Part shown: piece by piece, positions 50,357-63,539 of the stretch
How the letters are laid out: each line of letters opens with the position of its first letter
Numbering within the stretch: position 1 is the stretch's first letter
NCBI GenBank assembly: GCA_951406725.2
Contig: OX597815.1
Coordinates: 130,944,001 to 131,008,000, forward strand
Direction of reading: 5' to 3'
DNA length: 64,000 bases
Origin: Octopus vulgaris
Taxonomy: Eukaryota
The notes under the pieces: model-generated
What the model saw: the letters and a program-made list of their open reading frames with translations, nothing else
Told to the model about the DNA's origin: nothing
Database searches by the model: none
Translations under genes and position numbers: made by a program

Positions 50357-51425
50357 CACCATCATCATCGCTTAACGCCCATTTTCCATGCTAGCATGGG
50401 TTGGATGGTTCGACTGGGGTCTGGGAAGCCTGGAGGCTGCACCAGGCTCCAGTCTGATCTTGCATTATTTCTACAGTTCGATGCCTATCTTAACGCCAAC
50501 CACTCCGAGAGTGTAGTATGTGCTTTTTACGTGCCACCTGTACAGGGGCCAGAGGAGGCTGGCAATGACCATTATCGGTAGGTGCTTTTTATGTACCACT
50601 GGCATGGAAGCCAGTCAAGGTGGCACAAGTATCAGCCATGTTCAGATGGTGCTTTTTATGTGCCACCTGCACAGAGATTACAACTACAATTTCGATTTGA
50701 TTTTGATTTTGATGTACTTGACTCAATAGGTCTCCTCAAGCACAGCATGTTACCCTATGATCCAAGGTACTTTTGAGTGGGCTGGTTATGCAACACTGGT
50801 ATAGGTTACAGTTGTGACCTCACTTTATTTGCCGGGTCTTCTCAATCACAGCATATCTCGAGAGGTCTCAGTCTTTCATCATTGCCTCTGTGAGGTCCAA
50901 CGTTTGAAGGTCATGCTTCACCACCTCATCCCATGTCTTCCTGGCTCTCCCTCTACCCCGTTTTCCTTCAACTGTTTGGGAGTGGCACTTCTTCACACAG
51001 CTCTGCTCATCCATCTGTAGTACATGACCATACCAATGCAAACATCTCTCTTGCATGCCACACCCAATGCTTGTTATGTCCAACATTTCTCTCAGGGCAC
51101 TTACACTCTGTCGTGTATGCACACTGACATTACACGTCTAACGGATCATGCTAGCTTCATTTCTTTCAAGCCTACACATGTCTTCAGCAGTCATGGCCCG
51201 TGTTTCACTGCCGTGAAGCATGGCGGTTTGCACATATGCATCGTACAATCTACCATTTACTCTGAGTGAGAAGCCCTTTGTCACCAGTAGTGGTAGAAGC
51301 TTTCTAAACTTTACTCAAGCTATTCTTATTCTTGTGGTAGCACTCCCTGAGCATCCATCCCCACTACAAACTTGGTCACCTAGGTTGCAGAAGCTATCAA
51401 CTACTTCTAGTTTCTCCCCCTGGCC
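50357..51425 (-). mobile_element. 5'-truncated RTE-type LINE
   Basis: WYGHVLQMDE..GRGRARKTWDEVVKHDL and terminus. Confidence 0.85.
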
Positions 51426-51659
51426 AACTTGTAAGATGTACTGCTGGCTAATTGATAATTATTGTTGTAAAAGATTTCAAATGTGAGCATAAAATCATGT
51501 CATTTTGAGAAAGGATATTGTTGATTAAATTAATTTCAGTATTTGGTAATTATTGGTGATCAGCCACGAAAGAATGAAAACATCAACCTTGGTATACAAA
51601 GATATAACTAAGAATATGGCAAGGGATTGAGTTTACTAGTCTATGACTTGTTACAGAAT

Positions 51660-52037
51660 TTTTCCTTTTATTTGTTTTCAGTCATCTTGAGTGTGGCCAT
51701 GCTTGAGCTCTGCCTTTAGTTGAACAAATCGACTCCAGGACTTATTCTTTGTAAGCCTAGTACTTATTCTATCGGTCTCTTTTGCTGAACTGCTAGATTA
51801 TGGGCTCATAAACACACCAACATCGGTTGTCAAGTGATAGTGGAGAGACAAGTACAGACAAACACACACACATGACAGGCGTCTTTCAGTTTCAGTTAAC
51901 CAAATCCACTCACAAGGCTTTGGTTAGCCCAAGGATACAGTAGAAGGCATTTGTCCAAGGTGCCACACAGTAGGACTGAACCCGGAACCATGTGGTTGGA
52001 AAGCAAGCTACTTACCACACAGCCACTCTTGTGCCTA
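51660..52037 (-). mobile_element. SINE family A
   Basis: Full family match. Confidence 0.8.
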
Positions 52038-52773
52038 TGAAGCTCATAAATAAAAAACAACGGATGAAATAAAGGAATTTTTTATCCATGAAGTATTTCA
52101 TCATATAGTACAAATTCTAAAGAATGGGGATTGCAGGGTATGAACCTGTTGTGTTATTTTGCTTATGGATTATTATTTGAAAACCATTACAGGCTTTTAA
52201 TATTTCCTGGGGGAAGAGGGGGACCCCACTTTGTTCTACATTACCTCAGTTTGCATAGCTGTCAGAAAGAGATATTAGATTTTACTATTACTTTTCTTAT
52301 GGCCTTCCTGTTTCTATCTTGTATGCTCAGACAATTAGATGCGCATCTACATACATAGATACATTGGCAGTTAGCAGCAACCAATCAACTTTGTTCAGTT
52401 CTCTTGGCGCTAAAATGTTATTAGTGTTGTGACTCTTCTTTAGAATTAATACTAGAAGCATGAACTTATTTCAGTCAAAGAAATCACCTGAATGTTCTGC
52501 CAATTGTTGAAATTCGGCCAATCAGCTCTTACAGAAGCTTCTAGACAATTATAAAATCTTAGAATCTACAATTGATGACAGATTCCATGGTGAGCATTCA
52601 CAGGAGAGATAACAATTTTGGAATCTCACACAAGTCACAACATAAATGCTATTAATTATGGCACTACCATATATGCCAGTGTATAAACCAACAGAGTAAG
52701 AAAACTCTCAGAATTTCTATTTAGATTGTCGGCTTTGAGCTATAATCACAGTATAAGATTATCTGGTCTTGTT

Positions 52774-53870
52774 TAAGGTGGCAAGCTGGCACAGTCATTA
52801 CTGCACTAGACAAAATGTTTAGCCACATTTCTTCTGACTTTACATTCTGATTTCAAATGCCACCAGGATTGACTTTGCCTTTCATCCTTTCAGTGTTGAT
52901 AACATAAGTACCAGTTGAGCACTGGGGTTGATGTAACTGTTTCACCCCTTCCCCTGAAATTACTGGCCTTGTGCCAAAATTTGAAATCAATATTTCACCC
53001 TTGATTAAGGTGGCCTGCATGTTTGCCTCCAGTCCCAAATTACATCTTTGCCAAATCAGGTTCAATGTCTGGTCAGCTGTGCCAAACCATCAACATCTAA
53101 ACAGTTGCATCCAATCACCTCATTCCATATCCTTCCTATTTATTGATACATTTAAATATTATCTTAAGTATTATCTTAAATGCCTGTTTATATTGTTGTA
53201 GTGCACTTGAGCACTATACACAATAATTTCATTATTATTATTATTATTATTATATTTTCATGAAGGCAGCGAGCTGGTAGAATCGTTAGCATGCTGGATG
53301 AAATTCTTAGTGGTATTTTGCCTGTCACTATGTTCTGAGTTCAAATTCCACTGAGGTTGACTTTACCTTTCATCTTTTAGGGGTCGATAAAATAAGTACC
53401 AGTTGAACGCTGGGGGTCAATCTAATCGACTCATATCCCCTCCCCCAATGTTGCTGCCCTTGTGGCAAAATTTGAAATCATTATTATATTTCCATGAAAA
53501 TATCTAGCTTGATTTTTGGAAACCTGGGCAAGTTTTGTTTCTTTCTTAGTAAGGATTATTAAACCTCATGAATTTTGGAACAAATCTATGACTTCCTTAT
53601 TACTTATTGTTCTAAATGATGATTACACATTTAATAGTTTAAGAATCATTAAGAAGACAAATGGGCAGAATTGCTATTGTATGGGGCAAAATGTTCAGTG
53701 GCATTTTGCCTGTCTTTACGATCTGAGTTCAAATTCTGCCAAGGTCAACTTTACCTTTCATCCTTTCAGGATCGATAAAATAAAGACCAATTCAATACTG
53801 GAGTCAATGCAATCAACTTCCCCACTTCTCTAAAAATTGCTGGCCTTGTGCTAAAGTTTGAAACCAATAC
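52774..53870 (+). mobile_element. Cluster of three family B SINEs (52774-52992, 53263-53482, ~53660-53868) and a CR1-type 3' end (~53190-53252)
   Basis: Family matches. gttgtagtgcacttgagcactatacacaa plus (TTA)n matches the CR1 terminus at 38380-38457. Confidence 0.75.
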
Positions 53871-53964
53871 TTTCAGAATCACTGATCATTTATTAATACT
53901 ACTCTGTATTCATTAGAGTCTAATGTAGAGGCAGAGTTACCTTACATCTACCTCATACCTTGAA

Positions 53965-53991
53965 TCATCATCATCATCATCATTATCGTCG

Positions 53992-54024
<33 letters not shown>

Positions 54025-54709
54025 CCTTCATTTGAAATCAGTTTTCCATACTGGAATGGGTGGAATAGCTTAACAGGAACTGCAAAGGGTAGGGCCCACA
54101 CCAGGTTCCATTGTCAGTTTTGGCTTGGTTTCTCTGGCTTGATGCCCTTCCTAACAGCAACCAATTTACAGAATGTACTGGGTGCTTTTTACATGGCACC
54201 ATCACCAGTGCTTTTTTATGTGGCAGCAACACCCACACCTATGCTTCTTATATGAGACTTTGGTTTTAGGATCTCAATTCTGTTGTAGTGGGTGGGTCTT
54301 CTTGAGTACAGCAATGCACCACATATCTTGGCCCTCTGTCATGTCTTTTGTTTCAGCATTTTCAGTACTTCCTCCTATGTCTTCTTGGGTCTCTCTCTTT
54401 CACAACTGTCCTCAGCTTTAAGTGATTGGCACTTCTTTATGTATGTGTCCTCATCCATCTGCATCACATGATCAAACCCGAGCAACCTCCTCTCTTGCAC
54501 ACTGCTTATAATTCCTCTTATGCCCAACTTCTCTCTCAATACACCAATGCTCTGTCACACATGCACACTGACATCACACTTCCAGTGGAGCATATCAGCT
54601 TCATTCCTCTCCAGCCTTTGCATGTCTTTTGTATTCAGAGACCACATCTCACTACCATGCAGCATCACAGTTCATACACATGCATCATACAATCTTCCCT
54701 TCGCTTGGG

Positions 54710-54740
<31 letters not shown>

Positions 54741-54950
54741 TTGGTTACCAATGGAGGTAGAAGCCCTCTGAACTTTCTCCATCATATTCTTATTCCAGCA
54801 ATTGCACTTTCTGCACAATCTCCTCCATTGCTAATTAGGACACGAAGGTAACAAAATTTACCTGCAAGTTCCAGAGAGCTACCAGGACATTTAAGGAAGT
54901 CACTTTCCCATGTATCTGTGGTCTTTATGTCTCTTGTACATCTTCTGGCA
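53965..54950 (-). mobile_element. Decayed RTE-type LINE 3' fragment with long (CAT)n tail
   Basis: LELAGKFCYLRVLISNGGDCAESAIAGIRI and terminus. Confidence 0.75.
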
Positions 54951-55086
54951 ATGAAGATCACATAAGTCTGACCATAATACTTGGACAAGATCAAAATTTT
55001 GGCATATTCATGAACTAGAATAGGAATAATTTTAACATTTAGATGTCTCTATAAAGTCAATGGTTATATGTAAAAACGAAAACAAA

Positions 55087-55237
55087 TAGGAGTGGCTGTG
55101 TGGTAAGTAGTTTGCTTACCAACCACATGGTTCTGGGTTCAGTCTCACTGCGTGGCACCTTGGGCTAGTGTCTTCTACTATAGCTGACCAAAGCCTTGTG
55201 AGTGGTTTTGGTAGATGGAAACTGAAAGAAGCCTGTC

Positions 55238-55283
<46 letters not shown>

Positions 55284-55492
55284 GTCTGTATGTGTTTGTC
55301 CCACCAACAGTGCTTGACAACCAATGATGGTGTGTTTATGTTCATGTAAATTAGTGGTTTGGCAAAAGAGACCGATAGAATAAGTACTAGGCTAACAAAG
55401 AATAAGTCCTGCGGTTGATTTGTTCAACTAAAGGTGGTGCTCCAGCATGGCTGCAGTCAAATGAGTGAAACAAGTAAAAGAATAAAAGAATA
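55087..55492 (+). mobile_element. SINE family A
   Basis: Full family match. Confidence 0.85.
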
Positions 55493-56022
55493 AAAATTGT
55501 AAACCATATGAATTGTCTAAATACCCTAAAAGTTAAGCAATCTTTCCTAGTTTTTCCAGTTAACCTTCCTAGATTAATATGAAACCATTCTCATAAGTTC
55601 TTGTAGTTATTTCCTGATTCTTAGTTTAAGAAAACCTTTCATAAGCTTTTGATAATCTTTATTTTTATTATTTTGTAACATTTACCTATGATATTGGAAT
55701 ACTTTTATTTCAACATGGTTCTATATTCAAATATTTAAAAATGTTCATAGTTTCCTGGTTTCCTTTGATCATATATTCATGATAGATTTTCAGTACACAC
55801 ACACACACACGCATGAACACATACATACATGCACACATATGTACAAACACACACACTCATGTATACAATGAATTAAATCAAAATGATTCATGACAGGTGG
55901 CCACATGTTTGTTTAGTGTGAGCTTATCAAATGAGAGTAGAATTTGGACAGTTGATAGAATTTAGAGTTAAATGGACTTTTTGATGAGAGGTATATTCTA
56001 CATATATTCACTGCCAAGGGTG

Positions 56023-56355
56023 ATCATCATCATCATCATCTTTAATGTCTGTTTTCCATGCTGGCATGGGTTGGACAGTTTGACTGAGGTCTGGAGAGCC
56101 AGAAGCTGCGCCAGGCTCCAATCTGATGTGGCAATGTTTCTACAACCCATCCTAACGCCAACCACTCTGAGTGTGTGGTGGGTGCTTTTTACATGCCACT
56201 GACACAGGAGCCAATCAAGGGGTACTGACATCAGCCATGTTCGGATGGTGCTTTTTATGTGCCACTGGCATGGGAGTCAGTCTGGGGGCTATGGTATCTA
56301 CCACATTCGGATAGTGCTTTTTACATGCCACTCAGGCATTGATCACATTTGGATT
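56023..56355 (-). mobile_element. (GAT)n-tailed RTE-type 3' end
   Basis: Terminus and 60-bp units. Confidence 0.8.
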
Positions 56356-58454
56356 GGTGAAATTGGTAGAGCTTCAAATTGGATGCCTTGCACTGTCTGT
56401 TCAAGTCTGTGCTTTCTGAATTCAAACCTGGTCCCATTACCAAGAAACAGCAAGACTTCTATCAGGGGTTGCAACCGATAGTATAATTGATTTGCAAAAC
56501 AAATGGAAAACCTGTTTTCCTTGGTTCAATCTGTAGATCAATTGCCAATACCTGGTATGAAAATACATGTATATATATATATGTATGTACGTATATGTGT
56601 GTGTGTGTGTGTGTGTGTATGCATGAATATATGTATGTATGAGTGTGTGCATGTGTGTGTGTATGAGTCTCTGTGCATGTGTGTGCGTGCGTGCATGTAT
56701 GTATGCATGAACATATGTATGCATGTGTGTGTGTGTGTGTGTGGCTTCCAGTCTGAGGAACATTAGCAGGTTGAAACTTTGAAGTCTCTCTCACCCTTAT
56801 TCTTGTAAAAAAGAAAATAATAAGCATCTGCTCCACAAAAATTATTAAGTAATTCTTCAGTTTAATGTTAAATTGTTTTTATTATAACTTGACTAAGAAA
56901 CAAACATTAACATGTACAAGTACATATATGTATGTACATACACAAGTATATGCCTGTTAGTATATACTCTGAGTGCTTGAGTTATCTCATTTCTTTTAGC
57001 AGTAAGCGTTTTCACTGTCTTATGAATAATACCATAAAGTTTTGAACTAAAAAATTCAAGTGCAGTGATTGATTTTAATTTGTTTCATATTTTAAAGGCT
57101 TGCATTACTTAAATATGTGTTTATGTTTCATTAAATGGCATATTTCGTGACGTACAAAGCTAATACAAAAATGGATAAAAATCCAGAGTTCAGTCTTTCC
57201 CTTTGTAGTCATTACCTCTCTGCTGGCTTTTATATATCTGCACGAAAGATTCAGTTTTTATTTTTAATAACATGTAAACACATAGTTTCTGTTAGAACCT
57301 AGTTTACACAAAGTCTATAAAATATATGTAAAGTTTAAATTCAGATACATTGAAACTATTAAAATGATTTTCTTGTTAAAAAAAATCAATGAAAGAAATA
57401 TCCCTTTATTGATCTTATTTTAAATAGCGTTTGTATACACAGATGCACACATGCATACATATATATGCTCATATGCATGTGTATTTGCACTCATTTATCT
57501 TAACCATAATAGTAACAAAATCCTGAAGATGAAGAGAAGAGGGTTGCATTTGACATATTTTAGAATGTAACTTGCAATTATTACTGTTTTATTGCCTGCC
57601 ATTATCCTCCTCCTTTTTCTCCCTACTTTCCGTTTTGCTCCTCCACCTCCTTTTCTTAATTCTTCTCTTCCTTCTGCTATTCCTTCTCCCATCTATTAGT
57701 AAATTGCTAATGTAAGCAGTGAGTATAGATTAACTGATACTAGAGTGTTACCCATCATATAACATTTACTGTGGGGAATATACATATGTCACTGTGAATA
57801 AATTCAGGTAATATTACATTGGTACAATAATTATAATGAGAACACAAAATGTATCCTTTCCATTAACATGGAACTAATATCTGGCAAACTAGAGAACATA
57901 CATTCATAATATATAACTTTATTACATACAAACTTCAATGTAAATATGAAAATTGTAAATTTTATCACTGAAGCAGCTGTTATATCAGATAATCATATAC
58001 TACATTAACCAGTTAGGAAAACATTAGCTGACAATACTACCATTCTGGATAGAATTTCACAATAAATAAACATGAGAGATTAACAATGGGGACTTAAATA
58101 ATAGCAAATATAAACCAAGATTAACACACAAATAGTTTACTCGTAAAATAAACTGTGAAACTGACCAGAAGTTAACCATTAAACAATTTCAAAAGAAGAT
58201 AATAAAGATTTTATCAGTTACAACATTACTCACATGATTCTTTGTTGCTTCACACAAAACACATCACCAACATGCCACTTACTGTTTCATTAAAATGGTG
58301 AGATCAGCACAGTCTGGAAGCATTGATAGATTTAGGAATGTTATTAGTTCCAAACTAAACATGAAGGATTAAAAGGGAATTACAAAAAACTCTTTAATAA
58401 AAAGGACCAAATGAAAGACAAAAGATTTTTTACTTATAAATCTCTAGGTGATTT

Positions 58455-59160
58455 CATCATTTTCATCATCATCATTTAACAGCCAGTGTCCATGCTGGCA
58501 TGGGTTGGATGGTTTGACTAGGGCTGGTAAGCTGGAAGGCTGCACCAGACACCAATCTGATTTGGCATGGTTTTCTACGGTGGGATGCCCTTCTTAATGC
58601 CAACCACTCCATGAGTGTAATAGGGGCTTTTATATGTCACTGGCATGGGTGCCATTTGTGTGACACCAGTATCTACCATGACTACAATTCTGCTTGGCTT
58701 CATGGGTTTTCTTCTCAAGCACGACATAATGACAAAGGTCTCAATCATTGCCTCTGTGAGGCCCAACATTCGAAAGGAACTCAGCTACTTAGCCTCCATG
58801 AGGCCTAATGCTCGAAAGGAACCCAGCCACTTTGCCTCCATGAGGCAAAGTGGCTCAAAAGGAACTCAGACACTTTGCCTCCATGAGGCCTAATGTTTGA
58901 AAAGAACTCAACCACTTTGCTTCAATAAGGCCCAACACTCAAAAGAAACCCAGTTACTTTGCCTCCGTTAGTCCCAACACTCAAAAGAAACTCAGTCACT
59001 TTGCCTCCGTTAGTCCCAACATTCAAAAGGAACTCAGCCACTTTGCCTCAATGAGGCCCAACACTCAAAAGGAACTCAGCCACTTTGCCTCAATGAGGCC
59101 CAACACTCAAAAGGAACTCAGCCACTTTGCCTCCATGAGGCCCTGCTAAAAAAGAACTCA
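58455..59160 (-). mobile_element. RTE-type 3' end carrying a 42-bp minisatellite (about 10 units, 58758-59160)
   Basis: Unit gaggcccaacactcaaaaggaactcagccactttgcctccat, for example starting at 59053 and 59095. Confidence 0.88.
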
Positions 59161-59597
59161 GTGTGTCTAGATGTACCCAATTATATGTATTTAAATGCAA
59201 CGAAGAAACATTTAATTCAAATAACTCTGCTGAATCTATAACTATTAGATGCCACACTTGCACTCAGCTCTGGATGCTCACTTTTTTATAGCAGAAACAG
59301 TAGTAAGCTAATGAAAGTGACTGCAAAACGCCTGCTTTGTCATTCATTAATTGATTCTTACACCACCTACGCACCTACACACACACACACACACACACGC
59401 ATATATGTGTGTATGTGAATGCATTCATGTGTGTATGTATATATTTATATGTGTTTGAGAAACCATTTTTCATGATTGTTATATCCAAAGGTAATATAAA
59501 TACATGCATGCATACTTACACACACACACACACACATACACACACACACATACACGTTTAGATGCATGTATTTATATATATATATATATATATATAT

Positions 59598-59790
59598 CTA
59601 GATCGTTAACCACTACACACATTTTTTTCTCGCCTTGTTTCTCTCCTTGTTTTTTCTGTGTCCCTTTCTGTAGAAGAGCGTAAAAAACTTTTTCTATTCC
59701 TGAGTGTTATACTAATACATCTGTTTGTTTTGTACACCACCTGTCTTCGTCTTTTGTTTTTTTCGTAAACTCTCCCTATATATATATGTA
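59598..59790 (+). mobile_element. Second copy of the 40243-40430 Penelope-like fragment, with the ribozyme core deleted
   Basis: Same flanks. ctgtagaagagcgtaaaa lacks ggctcgaaacgt. Confidence 0.6.
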
Positions 59791-59794
59791 TATA

Positions 59795-61047
59795 GGCGGT
59801 TCACCAAGGATTCGTCTCTGCTCCCTCTTGTTCATCATAGTCCTCCAGGCAATAACAAAGGAGTTCAAGATGGGATATCCCTGAGAGCTCCTCTGTACTG
59901 ATGATCTTGTTCTTGTAGTCAAATCACAGAACTGGAGAAGTTTCGTATGTGGAGGCAGGGTCTAGAATCAAAGGTCCTTAGAGTTAATCTGGCAAGGGCT
60001 AGGGTGTTGGTAAGTGGGAGAGCAGATGGATCACAAATCCCTTCAGGTAGATAGCCCTGCTCAATCTGTAGAAAAGGTGTAGATAGAAGCTCCATAAGAT
60101 GTACCTGGTGTAAGCCATGGACACATAAGAAGTGCAGCAATATCAGAGGAAGGTTAACAGGGAAAATAGATTTTGTGTGTGGAAGATGCTAGAAGTAGTT
60201 GATAGCATCCATTGCTTTGGTTACCAAGTTGGTAGTAGGGGTGGATACTCCGAAAGCATAGCTGCTAGAATAAGAGTAGGCTGGGTAAGGTTCAGAGAGC
60301 ACCTACCTCTTTTGGTAACAGGGGGCCTCTCTTTCTCAGAGTGAGAGGTAGATTGTGTGATGCCTGTGTATGAATGGCCATGCTACATGGCAGTGAAACA
60401 TGGGCTGTGACAGCTAGAGTGCTTTGCTGGATGTGTAATGTCAGTGTGCATGCATAACAGAGTGTAGGTGTCTTGAGAGAGGGGTTGGGCATAGGAGACA
60501 TTGGATGTGGTGTACAAGAGAGACGACTATCCTGGTGTAGTCATGTGATGCATATAGACGAGGGAACCTGTGGAAGAGGTGGACCCAAGAAGACCCAAGA
60601 TGAAGCAGTGAAGCATGATCTTGTAATGTTGTGCCTCATGGAGGTAATAACTACTGACCAAGACCTATGGTGATATGCTGTGTTTGAGAAGATCCATGAA
60701 GCTAAGTGAAGTCGTAGTTGTGGCTGTCACCAATGTCATGTAAGTGGCATGTAAAAAGCACCTTTGAACGTTGGGTGATATACCAAGCTTGAGAAAACCT
60801 GTCAAGCCAAGTAAGATCATAGCCATGGCTTATGCAGATGCTGCATAACTGGTGCCTGTGCTAGTGACACATAAAACTCACCTACTACACTCTTGGAGTA
60901 ATTGGCATTAGAAAGGGCATCCAGCTGTAGAAACCATGCCAAATCAGACTGAAATCTAGTGCAGTTCTCCAGCTTACCAGTCTTCAGTCAAACCGTCTTG
61001 CCCATGCCAGCATGGAAAGCAGACATTGAATGAAGATGATAATGATA
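59795..61047 (+). mobile_element. 5'-truncated RTE-type LINE with PHD-like insert in RT
   Basis: VHQG, LCTDD (decayed YADD), LRVNL, CSIC..CTWC..H..C..CGRC, LHGSETW and terminus. Confidence 0.88.
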
Positions 61048-61634
61048 AACACACACACACACACATGTGTGTATTTTTTCATAAATTACTGAAGTTTTAA
61101 GCTTATATTTGTAGTTTGGATGTTTGTTCTATTTGTTTGTTTTACTGCTCTGTTCACAACCTTTCACTAAAGAAATCTTTTCTCTTATTCCCTGCATCAA
61201 TTCCACTCCACTTGAAATATACAATGTCGTTTATATTACTTTTTGTATGAATACATTTAGAGACTGAAAGACATCGAATTCCCTTGTGTGTTTCCCATTT
61301 TTAAACGATTGCTGGTAATAAACAGCCCAATTATATACAGTTTATTTTTCTGCTTATGATCTTGTCCCCTCATATTTTGTTTTTGGCCTTTTTGAAACAT
61401 GTCTAATGTTTATGTTGTTCTAATGAATTACAGTGAATAAAACCGAACCAGTTGTAAAGATTTAAATTACTTCACATTACAGAAGATTTGTTCATCTTGA
61501 TATTTAAACAGATTAATTGAATTTTATCGAAAAATAAAAGAAAAAACAACCAACAACATGCAAAACAAGAAAAGCAAATAAGACAAACTAACATATTACA
61601 AACATAATTTTAAAAGGTATTTTCTCACTTTCAG

Positions 61635-61729
61635 ATTTTGAACAAATTCACTCATGAGGCTTCTCCAAGGAAGATTGGTTTCCACAAATCATATTTGAAA
61701 AGGAACAAACACAAAGCACATTATCAAAC
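61635..61729 (+). other. Candidate 95-nt host exon
   Basis: Polypyrimidine acceptor ttttctcactttcag and donor gtaagt. One open frame: ILNKFTHEASPRKIGFHKSYLKRNKHKAHYQ. No recognisable homology. Confidence 0.3.
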
Positions 61730-62354
61730 GTAAGTTATATTAAATGTACATATCTGAAAAGATGAGCTGGTTAATTAAATTTAACGACAAAAAAAAAAAA
61801 TGATAATTTCTTGTAACTTTGTTAGATTTCTGTATCAAGTAGGCGGAATGATAAATATTCTTTTTCAAAATTCTGCATCTTTGATGTTAACACTTGATTA
61901 TTTACATCAGTTTCAATTACATAAGTGACTTCTAGGAAATTGAAAGTTAAATTGGGATTTGTTGATTGCATTCAGAAACAATTTAGCTTTTTAAAGGTAT
62001 TTTCCTCTCCTTCCAATGTTAGCATGATTTATATGTATTCTAGAATAAAGAAAAAGACAAAAACAAAACAAGAAAGAGATGTAAAAATACGTATTTATAT
62101 TGTAATGTGTTGGAGTAAGTGGTTTCTATCCCATTTTGCAAATTGTTACAGTTTTGAAAATAGAATGTTAACAAAACGAAATTGGAGAAAAATACATTTT
62201 TCTATGTGCTGGTTTTTAACAAGTCCTAACCTTTAATTGAAACTATTCAGGTTAATGAAACATTAACTGTAAACAACATAAAAACCTTTATGACTTGCAT
62301 TAACACACACACATGCTCACACACACACACAGATACACACACACACACACACTT

Positions 62355-62411
<57 letters not shown>

Positions 62412-62514
62412 CATACACACATACACATACACATTTACATACACACACACTTTAACTTGCACACACACAGACACGGAGAGAGAGACACACACACATACAC
62501 ATACACACATGCTT

Positions 62515-62567
<53 letters not shown>

Positions 62568-62772
62568 TGCACACATGCACACCTTGCAAGGACATGTGGA
62601 CTACATTATTCAAACCGTCAAGTTCTTACTGAAAACCCACAAGCAAAAAATTATTTCTTTGTTGTGGCAATGACGTAACATTTTTCAATAGATGGAACTT
62701 CAGTTACTTGGAAACATCACGTGAAGTCAAGGCATTGCCAAAAATAACCGAGTTTTGCTTGGATGCCATTTA

Positions 62773-63321
62773 CGAGGGTGATTCAAAAAGTAATGCCAAT
62801 TTGTTCAGGGTAGGTATAATTACCAACACAGGAACATGTATCATACATCAAAATGAAGATGGTCCTCTGTGGATCACATCCTTACTTCTCAACATAGTCA
62901 CTGTTTCTCCCAATAGCAATGTTCTACCTTCTAATAAGAGCATGTATTCCTGCCCTGTAAAATTCTGTTGACTGTTCTTTGAGCTACTTCTTCACTACAG
63001 TTTTCACTTCCTTGTCACTGGACTATCATCTCTTCAGCCCCATGAAAGAGGGTTTGAGAGGCAAACATTATTCCAGTGACGAGGAAGTGAGGACTATAGT
63101 GAAGAAGTGGCTCAAAGAACAATCAACAGAATTTTATGGGGCAGGGATACATGCTCTCATTTGAAGGTGAAACATTGCTATTGTGAGAAACGGTGACTAT
63201 GTTGAGAAGTAGGGATGTGATCCACAGAGGACCAGCTTCATTTTGATGTATGATACATGTTCCTGTGTTGGTAATAATGCCTGTCCTAAGCAAAATGGCA
63301 TTACTTTTTGACTCACCCTCG
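62773..63321. mobile_element. Palindromic mariner derivative made of two inverted right ends
   Basis: ta-cgagggtgattcaaaaagtaatgcc...ggcattactttttgactcaccctcg-ta. 250-bp arms (62773-63022, 63072-63321). Encodes DYHLFSPMKEGLRGKHYSSDEEV..GDYVEK*. Confidence 0.92.
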
Positions 63322-63539
63322 TATATTCTAAAGGTTAAATGTTGCATTTTTTTAGTGTTTTTAATCCAGTTTCTTAACAATCTTATCACTAATAAACTCT
63401 ACTCAAATGTTAGTTAGGGTAGAGTTTTATACCAACAGCCTTTGCCATTGGGCATTAAAGAACTGGTTTCTCTTTTTGCTGAAGTAAAATATATGTTTGT
63501 GACATTTTAACTTCCAAAGCCAAATTCACTGCAGTTATT

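Noticed and set aside
52474-52589. Possible exon (ttatttcag ... gtgagc)
   Set aside because: Stops in all three frames and a weak acceptor.
58758-59160. CRISPR-like array
   Set aside because: The 42-bp units are contiguous with no unique spacers, there are no cas genes, the context is eukaryotic, and the unit derives from a LINE.
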